A DNA stretch of 64,000 nucleotides, from IMG/VR virus record IMGVR_UViG_3300027754_000034, positions 193,206 to 257,205 of that record, one strand, 5' to 3'. This document shows positions 9,977 through 19,841 of this stretch, piece after piece. How positions within the stretch are numbered: position 1 is the first letter of the stretch; each line of letters starts with the position of its first letter. The notes beneath the pieces are model-generated. The model was not told the DNA's origin. It saw nothing but the letters and a program-made list of their open reading frames with translations, and searched no databases. A program made the translations under genes and the position numbers.

Positions 9977-11358
9977 TGTTAGATCTAAAGTATAGACCTT
10001 TGAAATTTGCCGATGTAATCGGTAATGTAGGTCCTGTTACTGTTCTAAAAAGAAGAAGTAACGACGGTACTTTGCTTCAAAGGTCTATACTTTTAGGTGG
10101 CCCAAAAGGATGTGGGAAGACTACGCTAGCCCGTATAATATCTAGAGCATGCATATGTAAAAATAAGGATGAAGGCGAACCGTGTAATGAATGTTATGAC
10201 TGTCGTTCTATTATGGATGGTTCATCCTCATCAGTATTTGAATTCGATGCTGCTGCTCATGGGACAGTAGATAACATTCGGAACATAGTTGATAACTTAG
10301 ACTATGTAAACTTCGATGGTAATCCTACTATTCTAACTCTAGATGAGGCACATCGTTTAAGCCCAGCATCCCAAGATGCAATGCTTAAATCGATGGAAGA
10401 CAGAAGTCTTTTTGCGATTCTTTGTACTACTGAACCAAATAAAATACGTTCAGCAGTAAGGGATCGGGTAGATGAATACTCTATTCGTCAACCTGATAAG
10501 GATTCATTAGTTAGTCATTTATCTACTATATGTGATAAAGAAGGAATATTGTACGAAGATAAAGCCATATCAATAATTGTGGATTTTAATGATAATTCCC
10601 CAAGGTCTAGTATAAATGCGATAACATCGTTATCATATATCGGGGGATTAAGCGAAAAAAGTGTCGGAGAATATTATAAATTTAGTAGTATTGATGTGTT
10701 AAAAAGAGGTCTTTCGTATTTGGCTGAAAACCCTTCCTTCGCTATAGGAGAAATTTATGAAGTACTAGATAAAGAGCCTGCTTCATGGGTAAAGGATACG
10801 ATTTTAAAGCTAATAAATAACTCCATAAGACATGCTCATTCCATTAAAACGAATTTTTCATATTTTTTCATACAAAAATCAGATATTGTGAAGTATGTTG
10901 GTATTAGCAATGTACTATCTAATATATTGAAGCCTACCAATGTGGATATAGAACTTGCTTTGCTTTCTGTTCTTAGTAAAACGAGGGAGTCTGCTCCTGT
11001 CGAGCATAGGAGTCATTCCAATAGTGTCCATAAATCATCTTTTGATCAGTCTGTTCCTCATACCGAATCAATAAAACCAGAGGCTGAGTTAAGGAGCGTT
11101 CTCGTAAGAAGTGACTTAACGCGGTACGCGGAATTTTCATCAACGAAGAGTCGTATTCTTGAAGTAGACGGGGTAAAATTTACTTCTGAAGAATCTCTCA
11201 CTTCAGTGGACATGAAAATGGGTCCAGGACGTAAACCAGATATTATGAAAGAGGAGACGATTTTATCAGATATTGATAATAGTAAAGTACCTATATCAGA
11301 TCAGGAGTTCAGTCGTGTCTTCACTGAAAAATTCTCAAGGCGATTCATCAACAACTAA
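9973..11358 (+). CDS. dnaX: DNA polymerase III gamma/tau-like clamp loader
   Basis: KYRPLKFADVIGN, GPKGCGKTT, Zn module CICK..EPCNECYDC, LDEAHRLS..QDAMLKSMED. Confidence 0.92.
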   Translation: MMLDLKYRPLKFADVIGNVGPVTVLKRRSNDGTLLQRSILLGGPKGCGKTTLARIISRACICKNKDEGEPCNECYDCRSIMDGSSSSVFEFDAAAHGTVDNIRNIVDNLDYVNFDGNPTILTLDEAHRLSPASQDAMLKSMEDRSLFAILCTTEPNKIRSAVRDRVDEYSIRQPDKDSLVSHLSTICDKEGILYEDKAISIIVDFNDNSPRSSINAITSLSYIGGLSEKSVGEYYKFSSIDVLKRGLSYLAENPSFAIGEIYEVLDKEPASWVKDTILKLINNSIRHAHSIKTNFSYFFIQKSDIVKYVGISNVLSNILKPTNVDIELALLSVLSKTRESAPVEHRSHSNSVHKSSFDQSVPHTESIKPEAELRSVLVRSDLTRYAEFSSTKSRILEVDGVKFTSEESLTSVDMKMGPGRKPDIMKEETILSDIDNSKVPISDQEFSRVFTEKFSRRFINN

Positions 11359-11860
11359 CACTTCCAAGAAATGGGTGGTAGTGCAATTATCTTCCACAGG
11401 AGAAAAAGAGAAAAATATTAATCTCTTTCAGAGATCTGTAAAGCGTTATCTCGGAAAGGATCTTTCCGTATTTGTTCCAGCTGCAAATTTATCGGCTAGA
11501 GAAGATAACCATGTTATGTATTACATGGATGGATATATTTTTATCGAACATGCTGCAAATATACAATATAATAAATTAAATGAAACCGCGTATTTTATGA
11601 GGGTCTTAACTCACCCGAAAACGGGTGTATGCCTAATTAATGACTCGGAAATCGAGGTCATGAGAAAGGGTATGGAAAAAATGAAGAAAGGTATCTTCGA
11701 TAAGAATGATGAAGTGAAGGTAATTCGTGGTTCATTTAAAAATCTTACAGGGAAGATATCAGAGGTATATGATGGTGGAGAATTCGTTCAGATTGATGTG
11801 GGATTGTTGAGTAAGCCCTTGCTAATAGATTACCCGGCAAATTATTTGATGAAGTTATGA
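11315..11860 (+). CDS. nusG: NusG-family transcription factor (NGN + KOW)
   Basis: KWVVVQL...VFVPA...DGYIFIE and KOW FDKNDEVKVIRGSFKNLTGKI. GTG start at 11315 is preceded by AGGAG. Confidence 0.82.
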   Translation: MSSLKNSQGDSSTTNTSKKWVVVQLSSTGEKEKNINLFQRSVKRYLGKDLSVFVPAANLSAREDNHVMYYMDGYIFIEHAANIQYNKLNETAYFMRVLTHPKTGVCLINDSEIEVMRKGMEKMKKGIFDKNDEVKVIRGSFKNLTGKISEVYDGGEFVQIDVGLLSKPLLIDYPANYLMKL

Positions 11861-12804
11861 ATCGCAGAATCGGTGGATCCAATATAAAAAAGCATGTTTT
11901 GATTGATATTAGTAATATCATACATAAGTCTATCTATATACTAAAGAAAGAGAGTAAATCTGGTTTAGGGAATCTATCTTTAAAGGTTTTTAGTTTAGTG
12001 CTTTCTGCTTTGGATAAAATTAGCACATTTGATGATGTTCGAATATTTTTTGACGGTAAGTCCACAAGACGAAATACTTTATATCCAGCGTACAAGGGGA
12101 ATAGAGCAAAACCCAAAGAAAATGACACTGTTGGAGAGTTGTTAATATCACATGAGATTTATTATGATATCAATGATGTTTTAAAGTTTCTTTTTAAAAA
12201 GGCTGGTTTTTATTGTTATCATTCAAAAACTGATGAGGCTGACGACTGTATCGGATCTTTTTGTAGGTTATATGATTCAAGCATTAAAATAATCGTGTCG
12301 GATGATAAAGACTTCTTTTTCCTCCTTAAGGATCCTCGAACAGTAATATTCAAGTATTCTTTGTCATCGTATATAGATGCTGATTCATCAAAGAGTATGT
12401 GGGGGAAAAATATACTTCTAAATCCTCAGGATGTCTTATTATTTAAATCTTTGTATGGGGATGCTTCAGATAATATAAAAGGAATTCCAAGATTACCGAA
12501 ATCATTTGTGAACATGCTTAGTGACATCGCTGATGTTGATGACCTTTTTACCAGTCGTAAAATACCTATTGATGTTTCACGAAAGATAAATGAAAATAAG
12601 GAGTTAGTTGAACTAAATCATAAGATAGTGAGTTTAAATCTATATGTAGATTTAAACGCTTCTGAAGTCTTACCGAATAAGAATATCCCTGAACTTAGAA
12701 ATATCCTTAAGGATGATCTTAAGGATGATCTATCTTTAGGAGTTTTATTTAGAAATGAAAGCTTTCACGCCGATTCTCTCCCGGATTGGTATGTGTCTTT
12801 ATAA
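11857..12804 (+). CDS. 5'-3' exonuclease / flap endonuclease (PolA N-terminal, T4 RNase H-like)
   Basis: LIDISN, FFDG...YPAYKGNR, EADD, SDDKDF, YGDASDNIKGIP. Confidence 0.92.
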   Translation: MNRRIGGSNIKKHVLIDISNIIHKSIYILKKESKSGLGNLSLKVFSLVLSALDKISTFDDVRIFFDGKSTRRNTLYPAYKGNRAKPKENDTVGELLISHEIYYDINDVLKFLFKKAGFYCYHSKTDEADDCIGSFCRLYDSSIKIIVSDDKDFFFLLKDPRTVIFKYSLSSYIDADSSKSMWGKNILLNPQDVLLFKSLYGDASDNIKGIPRLPKSFVNMLSDIADVDDLFTSRKIPIDVSRKINENKELVELNHKIVSLNLYVDLNASEVLPNKNIPELRNILKDDLKDDLSLGVLFRNESFHADSLPDWYVSL

Positions 12805-12896
12805 ACGAGTTAATTGGTATGGTAGTGAGCATCCTTTTGATGTAGACCAAGACCTGATACAATAAAGCGAATTACTTATTTCGCTTACGGAGAAAA

Positions 12897-13712
12897 ATGT
12901 CACATATTGTCATTCAGGACCCAAACACTATTTCCATGAGATTTAGTAATAGAAGTGGGTTTAGTCATGGTTATGATAACATTGAAGATTTTATCGATAG
13001 ACAATTCGGACCTGAGGCTGAGCAAGACCTTTCTTCTTTGGTGGATGCGGGCCCTAGTTCATTAGACTATGGTCTCTTAGAAAGATACCTTTACAGAATA
13101 CCAATTCGAGAGGCAGATTTAATTAGATTATACTATAAAGATAAAATGAAACAAGAACAGATAGCTAAATTATTTAGAATTACACAGGCAGCAGTAAGTT
13201 ATAGACTTCACCGAGGTATCAAGAGGATACAATTTTTGCGAACGATACCTGAATTAGAAAAGAAGGATTTTGACATAGAGTTAGCCCCTAAATTTTCAGA
13301 GCAGGATAGGGAAATATTATGGAGAATGTATGAGACTACCTGCCAATCAGAAATTGCCAAGCAAATGAGTCTTACTCAGGGAAGAGTGCGACACCGGTTT
13401 TTTAGGGCTTTGGGAAAGATAAAGGAATTGATAGCTAGTGAGATAAATGAAAATTATATCAGAATGATGATGCTTCAAAAGCACGGTATAAAAGAAGACT
13501 TCGAAAGTGATCCATCGGAAATACTAAAGGAAGCACTAAAGGATTTGGAAAGTGCTGAAACCGATCTTTCAATTGCGGTTCAAGCTTCAAAATACGGTAA
13601 ATATTTTACCGTATTTTATGCCATAAGTGACAAGCATTTCAATATACTTCACGAGGTCTCGCTTCCACAGTTTAAAGACCGTGGAGACGCACAGATTTTA
13701 CCGATAGAATGA
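12897..13712 (+). CDS. Transcription regulator with two tandem sigma70 region-4-like HTH domains
   Basis: IPIREADLIRLYYKDKMKQEQIAKLFRITQAAVSYRLHRG and FSEQDREILWRMYETTCQSEIAKQMSLTQGRVRHRFFRA. Confidence 0.75.
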   Translation: MSHIVIQDPNTISMRFSNRSGFSHGYDNIEDFIDRQFGPEAEQDLSSLVDAGPSSLDYGLLERYLYRIPIREADLIRLYYKDKMKQEQIAKLFRITQAAVSYRLHRGIKRIQFLRTIPELEKKDFDIELAPKFSEQDREILWRMYETTCQSEIAKQMSLTQGRVRHRFFRALGKIKELIASEINENYIRMMMLQKHGIKEDFESDPSEILKEALKDLESAETDLSIAVQASKYGKYFTVFYAISDKHFNILHEVSLPQFKDRGDAQILPIE

Positions 13713-13775
13713 GTCCGCAAATTTAGGTCTCTGATAGAGGGTTTATCAGTGCCTCTTAATAACTGATAAGGTAAT

Positions 13776-14516
13776 GTGGGTACTACCTTTACATCCTACA
13801 GAACGGGAGGAACAGGGGAAATAGTAGATGCTACTATTAACTTGTCATCGGATTCCCCTATTCAAAATCCTACCGTAAGTATATACGGAAACCTCAATAA
13901 GATTTATGGGGATTTAGGGTTAAAGACTAATTACACCTTAGATTATGTTCTCTACATAAAGGGCACGAATCCTCGCCCGAATTTATATGTATATACTTTT
14001 GTTCTTAGGGCGACTAATAAGAATTCGCCAAGTTCCTCTTATAATGCATTTCGTGGTCCCCCTGGGTCTCCTGGTCCCGAAGGTCCATTTGGTCCCATCG
14101 GTCCTACAGGATCTATTGGTCCACCGGGACCAGCTGGTCCAGGTGGAAATAGTAGATTTCAGGCACAATTAGTACCAGGAATAGCAATTGGAACATGTGT
14201 TTCTGTAGCCTCAAGTTCTGGAATAAGTATAGTAGTCGATAAAGCAGATATTTTCGATGTGTCTCGAATGCCTTCTGTTGGTATACTTATATCTAAGTCG
14301 AGTGATACTCTGGGGACCATTATATACTCTGGAACGTATACTGTTCTCGGTTTAAGCAAGGGTATTAAATACTTTGTAGGGACCAATGGTGTTTTAACTG
14401 ATGTAGCTCCTATTGCTACAGTTTCTTCTGTGTTTGTACAGTCTGTTGGTGTTGCTTTAAGTGATAATTCACTTTTAATCTCAATGCCAAATGATTTTGT
14501 AGAGAGGGTACCATGA
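13776..14516 (+). CDS. Collagen-like virion fibre/decoration protein
   Basis: Run of about 10 Gly-X-Y triplets (GPPGSPGPEGPFGPIG...) followed by a C-terminal beta domain GIKYFVGTNGVLT...VQSVGVALS. Confidence 0.7.
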   Translation: MGTTFTSYRTGGTGEIVDATINLSSDSPIQNPTVSIYGNLNKIYGDLGLKTNYTLDYVLYIKGTNPRPNLYVYTFVLRATNKNSPSSSYNAFRGPPGSPGPEGPFGPIGPTGSIGPPGPAGPGGNSRFQAQLVPGIAIGTCVSVASSSGISIVVDKADIFDVSRMPSVGILISKSSDTLGTIIYSGTYTVLGLSKGIKYFVGTNGVLTDVAPIATVSSVFVQSVGVALSDNSLLISMPNDFVERVP

Positions 14517-14986
14517 AAGACGAAGACACTAAGCCATCAGAACCCATTAAACCCAGTAAGTCATTAAAAAAGGCATCTTCAAAGAAGTCTTCCTCGATTG
14601 ATTTGTCATCGGAGATAAAAATTCCGAGTTCAATGCCTTTAGAAGAAGAGATGCAAAGGACTAGTGATGGTAATAAGATTTTTAATAAAGATGATTTATT
14701 AAGATATAGACTTTCAGAAGCTCAATTCCAAAATGCTCAGACTAATCTAGCACTAAAAAATACTGAATTTGAGTCTCAAAAGGCTCAATTCGAGCTGAAA
14801 CTTAGAGATTTAATTGAGAATGTGAAGCAAAGTCGCTCACAGTATGAAGAAAAACTTCGGGCTTTGAGCATACTCAGATCAGAACTAGAGGGAAAGTATT
14901 CGATCAATTTTGATTCGATGTCCTTCCATGAACTCACTGGCGTGATTTTCGAGCACGTAAAATCCGCAGATCCCCAAAAGGAATAA
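14513..14986 (+). CDS. Coiled-coil protein, possible fibre chaperone
   Basis: Lies between two fibre genes; K/S-rich N-terminus then heptads. Confidence 0.55.
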   Translation: MKDEDTKPSEPIKPSKSLKKASSKKSSSIDLSSEIKIPSSMPLEEEMQRTSDGNKIFNKDDLLRYRLSEAQFQNAQTNLALKNTEFESQKAQFELKLRDLIENVKQSRSQYEEKLRALSILRSELEGKYSINFDSMSFHELTGVIFEHVKSADPQKE

Positions 14987-14991
14987 AAAAT

Positions 14992-17463
14992 ATGTCTCTT
15001 TCTAGTCTACGTAAGCCCTTAGCTATTTCAGAATCGGGCTACAGTCAAGAATTAAATGATTCTGCCAATATTCAGGTTGGTGGTCTTAGCGCCTCCACCT
15101 TGGAGATTACAGGAAACGTTGATGCAGCTAACCTTCTGGTTAGTGGTTTATCAACTTTGTCAGGAAACGTCGCCGCGTTATCGAATCTTAGCGTCGCCAG
15201 TTCTATTACCGCTGCCAGCGCGACTCTTTCGGGCGCTCTTTCTGCAGCAACCGGTGCATTCTCCGGAAACGTTTCTGTAGGAAACATTTCTTCAGGCATC
15301 ATCACTGGTTCTAGTGCCGCTCTTTCGGGCGCTCTTTCTGCAGCAACCGGTAGCATATCTGGGAACGTTTCTGTCGGAAACATTTCCTCTAACATCATCA
15401 CTGGTTCTAGTGCCGCTCTTTCGGGTGCTCTTTCTGCAGCAACCGGTGCATTTTCTGGGAACGTTTCTGTAGGAAACATTTCTTCAGGCATCATCACTGG
15501 TTCTAGTGCCGCTCTTTCGGGCGCTCTTTCTGCAGCAACCGGTGCATTCTCCGGAAACGTTTCTGTCGGAAACATTTCTTCAGGCATCATCACTGGTTCT
15601 AGTGCCGCTCTTTCGGGTGCTCTTTCTGCAGCATCTGGTAGCTTCTCTGGAACCGTTTCTGCAGGAAACCTTTCCACGACGGGATCTTTAACGTCTAACG
15701 TATTAGCCGTTTCGGGTCAAGTTACTTTATCTGGCAACGTCACCGTTGGTAACCTTTCGACTACTCTGGGTGCCCTCAGTGCCAAGACAATAACTGCCAG
15801 TGCGAATATTTCAGCAGGCAATTTATTAGCCAGTGGTCTGCTGAGTGCAGCAACCGGTAGCTTCTCTGGGAACGTTTCTGTAGGAAACATTTCCTCAGGC
15901 GCGGTTTCCGGCACCAGTGCGTCTTTTACCAGCGCAACTCTTTCGGGTTCGCTTTCTGGTACAACCGGTAGCTTCTCTGGGAACGTTTCTGTAGGAAACA
16001 TTTCTTCTAACGTGGTTTCCGGCACCAGTGCGTCTTTTACTAGTGCCGCTCTCTCGGGCGCTCTTACTGCAGAAACTGGTGCATTCTCTGGGAACGTTTC
16101 TGTAGGAAACATTTCCTCTAACATCATCACTGGTTCTAGTGCCGCTCTTTCGGGCGCTCTTTCTGCAGCAACCGGTAGCTTCTCTGGGAACGTTTCTGTA
16201 GGAAACATTTCCTCTAACGTGATTTCAGGAACTGTAGGTGCTTTCAGCACGAGTGTTACAGTTAATGGCATCGTTGTAGGCACGGACGGTAAGATCAGTA
16301 ATTTGACTGATCCGACAGCAGACCAAGACGCTGCCACCAAAAAGTATGTTGATGGTGTTGCTGCTGGCCTTGACATTAAGCCATCTGTCAAGACCATATC
16401 TTCCTCTTTAATCACACTGAGCGGTACACAAACGGTAAACGGAGTTGCGTTAACCGCTGGTATGAGAATCCTCGTTGCCGGTCAGGGCGGCGGGGTAACG
16501 ACTCCAGATACAGCAAACGGTATATATATCGTTGCAGCTGGTGCTTGGAGTCGTTCATCTGACATGGCAGCGGGTTCAGATGCAGCCGGTGCCTTTACAT
16601 TCGTAGAGCAAGGAACACTATACGCAGACGCCGGATGGGTTTGCGTTACTGACACAGCAGTCGTTGGTACCAATGCTCTCCGATTTACCCAATTCTCGTC
16701 AGCAGGCGTCATAGAAGCGGGTGCCGGTCTGTTAAAGACAGGTAACACTATTGATGTTATCGTAGATGATGGTATCAAGATTGACGGTAGCAACAAGGTT
16801 GCAGTAAACCTCGCATCTTCCTCTGGCCTAGAGTTTAGCTCCAAGGCTCTGATTATAAAACTTGCTGATAACTCCCTGCAACTTGGTGCAGGTGGTTTAA
16901 GTGTGAAGCTTAGCGGCTCAACACTCGATGAGACGGCGAGCGGTCTTGAAGTTCTTGGTGTTCCCACTCTGTTCACCGTGGCGGGAACCGCCACTGCCGC
17001 TCATGTTACTGCAGCTAACTTGGGTGTTTATTCAAGTGGTGTTGCATCTGTTGGTGGTGATGCTTCAGCACTTCACTTCCACAACATGGTCGAATCTATG
17101 GACTTCTCAGCCCATAGTAGTGGATTGACCAAGGGAGATCCTGTCTACGTTTCATCTAGTTTTGAGGCCAAGAAGGCAACAGCGGCTGTAGCAGATGGAG
17201 ACGGCATGGTCTTCGGTGTTGCTGTAGCGAACGTTGCTGGTGGTAACACTTCTAGAGTCATTTGTTCCGGCGTAGCACTTGGAGTGCTTACTGGGCTGAG
17301 CGGAACCGGTGCTGGTTTTAAGGTATATCTTGGCGATTCAGGTGGACTAACCACTAACATTGCCACAATATCGGCAGGAAAGCGCTTAATCCTTATGGGT
17401 GTGTGCATAAACTCGAACGACTTGTTCGTTCAGGTTCGTGATTACGGTCAGAAGGCTAGCTGA
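14992..17463 (+). CDS. Long repetitive virion fibre protein
   Basis: Ser/Gly/Ala 32-aa repeats, fibre motif ISNLTDPTADQDAATKKYVD, C-terminal domain like that of the 13776 protein, elevated GC. Confidence 0.75.
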   Translation: MSLSSLRKPLAISESGYSQELNDSANIQVGGLSASTLEITGNVDAANLLVSGLSTLSGNVAALSNLSVASSITAASATLSGALSAATGAFSGNVSVGNISSGIITGSSAALSGALSAATGSISGNVSVGNISSNIITGSSAALSGALSAATGAFSGNVSVGNISSGIITGSSAALSGALSAATGAFSGNVSVGNISSGIITGSSAALSGALSAASGSFSGTVSAGNLSTTGSLTSNVLAVSGQVTLSGNVTVGNLSTTLGALSAKTITASANISAGNLLASGLLSAATGSFSGNVSVGNISSGAVSGTSASFTSATLSGSLSGTTGSFSGNVSVGNISSNVVSGTSASFTSAALSGALTAETGAFSGNVSVGNISSNIITGSSAALSGALSAATGSFSGNVSVGNISSNVISGTVGAFSTSVTVNGIVVGTDGKISNLTDPTADQDAATKKYVDGVAAGLDIKPSVKTISSSLITLSGTQTVNGVALTAGMRILVAGQGGGVTTPDTANGIYIVAAGAWSRSSDMAAGSDAAGAFTFVEQGTLYADAGWVCVTDTAVVGTNALRFTQFSSAGVIEAGAGLLKTGNTIDVIVDDGIKIDGSNKVAVNLASSSGLEFSSKALIIKLADNSLQLGAGGLSVKLSGSTLDETASGLEVLGVPTLFTVAGTATAAHVTAANLGVYSSGVASVGGDASALHFHNMVESMDFSAHSSGLTKGDPVYVSSSFEAKKATAAVADGDGMVFGVAVANVAGGNTSRVICSGVALGVLTGLSGTGAGFKVYLGDSGGLTTNIATISAGKRLILMGVCINSNDLFVQVRDYGQKAS
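15232..15650 (+). repeat. 96-bp (32-aa) tandem repeat, about 4.3 copies; degenerate copies continue to about 16230
   Basis: Units start at 15232, 15328, 15424, 15520, 15616 (GALSAATGAFSGNVSVGNISSGIITGSSAALS). Confidence 0.92.
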
Positions 17464-17493
17464 TAACGTACTTTATACATAAACCTAGATAAT

Positions 17494-17531
17494 CATCGGC
17501 CCCATAATCCTTAAGGATTATGGGGCCGATG
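17494..17531. terminator. Perfect 38-bp palindrome after the fibre gene (terminator-like)
   Basis: catcggccccataatcctt|aaggattatggggccgatg. Confidence 0.7.
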
Positions 17532-17560
17532 TGTATATGCTTCTTATTAATTGTTCGGTT

Positions 17561-18460
17561 ATGAGTACCGTCATCACGGGGGGTGGTTTTTATTACTCCC
17601 TTATATCAGTAGGTGGTAAATGGACATGGAAAGTAATCACAAATAATGTGGTGAATTCTGGTCAGTATTATTATGTAGATGATATAAATAGTCCTTTCGG
17701 TCCACTAAGTGTTGTAAATAGCCCGATTCCTGCGGATGTTGTGTCTTCAATGGCAGACTCTCTTAGTGTATTTCAGCAGCAGTTATTACCTAATTTATAT
17801 TTAGCTTCAGGAAGTACTTTATCGATAACAGTAACGGAAGGAGACCCCGTTACCGAAGTAGGGTTAATTTCCTTTGTGAATACGGGTGCGTTAGGGTCAT
17901 TCTTATCCGTAGGTTGTTCGCCATCAGAGATTTGGACTATCATTAATCCTACAAGTGTTCTGGGGTTAAACAAGAATCAGGCCGGTTCTACGTCTGTCAA
18001 AATAGACCCTTCAGACCTTTTAAGCACGGATTCTCCGTATTCCAGTGTAACTACTCTTTCCAATCTTTCCGTCCCTTTAAACTCTGTGTCGGTTACTTTA
18101 AATGTAGAGGTTTTACCACGTCCAGAGTTGTCTTTAAGTGTGTCTACTATAGAGTTTACATATAATATTGCAAGCAATACTTCTAGTGGTCCTATTGATG
18201 TTGATATTACCAATAGTGGTCCGCTAACTTCTATTCTTGAGTGTTATTTGAGTAAAATCCAGAACAGAAGTCCTTGGTTAAGTTTCATCCCCACTTCCTT
18301 AGGTCCCGTAGATAGTGGTGATAGTGAAACTGTTACTTTTACCCTTTCGGTATCGGGTATTACCAAAATATCGGGAACATATACTGAGACTGTATCTGTA
18401 TACTCAAATAACGCTTCAAATTCTCCTGCAATTTTAACTATAGAGCTTATTGTTACATAA
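17561..18460 (+). CDS. Ig-like (BACON-type) domain structural protein
   Basis: Two beta-rich modules, e.g. PELSLSVSTIEF...ITNSG...SPWLSF...GTYTETVSVYSNNASNSPAILTIELIV. Confidence 0.65.
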   Translation: MSTVITGGGFYYSLISVGGKWTWKVITNNVVNSGQYYYVDDINSPFGPLSVVNSPIPADVVSSMADSLSVFQQQLLPNLYLASGSTLSITVTEGDPVTEVGLISFVNTGALGSFLSVGCSPSEIWTIINPTSVLGLNKNQAGSTSVKIDPSDLLSTDSPYSSVTTLSNLSVPLNSVSVTLNVEVLPRPELSLSVSTIEFTYNIASNTSSGPIDVDITNSGPLTSILECYLSKIQNRSPWLSFIPTSLGPVDSGDSETVTFTLSVSGITKISGTYTETVSVYSNNASNSPAILTIELIVT

Positions 18461-18495
18461 TATTAAATTGTTCATTAAATCCTCTATTTTAGAGG

Positions 18496-18762
18496 ATGAG
18501 TATGTTAAAAATAGATGATTTCAGCTTTGGATTTTCTTCGTCCATAGATGACTTTTATTCGCCACCTAAGTCGATATCGTTAAATACTAATAGAATTAAA
18601 ATATCTAAATCTGCTGATTTAAGTGGGTTTGTGAGAATAGCTTCGGATAGATTGGTTCGAATTTCTCAAAATGACTTTTGGAAACTAGCCAAAGATGAAG
18701 ATACGGGCGAGTTTTTTATAGAACGTTTAACTGATGATATTGATGGTCCGGTAAAGGGATGA
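18496..18762 (+). CDS. Hypothetical virion-region protein
   Basis: 88-aa ORF with RBS, contains VRIAS. Confidence 0.7.
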   Translation: MSMLKIDDFSFGFSSSIDDFYSPPKSISLNTNRIKISKSADLSGFVRIASDRLVRISQNDFWKLAKDEDTGEFFIERLTDDIDGPVKG

Positions 18763-19841
18763 TTATGGATCATAACGAGATCTGCCGCATAGCATCTAAG
18801 ATATCTGCATCCTCAAACGTTAGGACTGCGGGAAAAATAGAATTTATACGAGATCAAGGTCCTCTACGGCGAGATGTTCGGGCGAACGACTTTGAATGGT
18901 CTTCTGACTCTTTAAAAAATTTAGCCAAAATATTATGGGCTGCGCAAAGAGCTCATAGTTATTCGGTGTCTGCTTTAAGATTATTTTCTAAAATGCCTTC
19001 TAGTCAGTTTAGCCCGGATGGGTTGCTGGGCGGAAGGGGTTATATTCAACCTATTAAGGAATTAAGAAAATCTTTATCTCAGGCTTCAGAGGTTTTGTCC
19101 TCATTTACCGATACCCTTTACGATGAAATCAACGCTAGCCATTGGTCTGATTCAGAGACTGAAGATAGTAAAAATTTACTGAAGAATACTGAAGAAGTAA
19201 AAGATAACCCTGAAGCATTCGTCGAAGAGGAATATGAGGCGGAAGGAGAAACGGATTTTCATGAAACTAGTCCTTCGTCTTTAAATCCGTCGCCAGAAGA
19301 TTTTCAGGATGAAATCGAACAACCAGACGAAGAATCTGATGCAGAAGATTCCGGGGGGTTTAGTCAACAAGCTTCGTTTGATCAGTACCCTTCCTTTTTT
19401 AAAAATACGCTTGCAAAGCAAAATGGAAGAGTACTAATGGGTACTAGTTCGTTACCTGTTAGCACTCTTCCTGGTCCCAGAGTGGAACATATCGGGCCTG
19501 GAGAATCAGTATATGGCTGGGTGAATGGTCCCGATGCGGTTCCCTCTGATGATCCCTCCTTAGAGGGATTTATTACTGATCAGCCAATATATGAAGATGT
19601 GTGTGCTGATGGTGTTTCTGGATATGAAAACCCAACAGACGGAGATAATACTTATCTTAAAAAAGCTTCATACTCTTTGTTACCTGGTTCTGAGAATTTG
19701 AAAATAATGCCTTTTTATGATCGTAATCTGACTAAAGCTGATGTAGAATGGCTTATGGCGAACTCAAGACCAGATGTCCCAAAGTTATCTACAGGAGAAG
19801 TTACAGACAGTGACACATCATGGTTATGGAAGGACATTTGA
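18759..19841 (+). CDS. Hypothetical virion-region protein with basic leader and acidic linker
   Basis: N-terminus CRIASKISASSNVRTAG; later QQAS and KKAS. Confidence 0.7.
   Translation: MIMDHNEICRIASKISASSNVRTAGKIEFIRDQGPLRRDVRANDFEWSSDSLKNLAKILWAAQRAHSYSVSALRLFSKMPSSQFSPDGLLGGRGYIQPIKELRKSLSQASEVLSSFTDTLYDEINASHWSDSETEDSKNLLKNTEEVKDNPEAFVEEEYEAEGETDFHETSPSSLNPSPEDFQDEIEQPDEESDAEDSGGFSQQASFDQYPSFFKNTLAKQNGRVLMGTSSLPVSTLPGPRVEHIGPGESVYGWVNGPDAVPSDDPSLEGFITDQPIYEDVCADGVSGYENPTDGDNTYLKKASYSLLPGSENLKIMPFYDRNLTKADVEWLMANSRPDVPKLSTGEVTDSDTSWLWKDI

Noticed and set aside
15226-16230. CRISPR-like array from the regularly spaced repeats
   Set aside because: The units are contiguous in-frame 96-bp coding repeats without unique spacers.
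15056-17408. Long antisense and alternate-frame ORFs over the fibre gene
   Set aside because: They are shadows of repetitive, stop-poor coding sequence. The same applies to ORFs overlapping the scaffold, MCP and lipoprotein genes.
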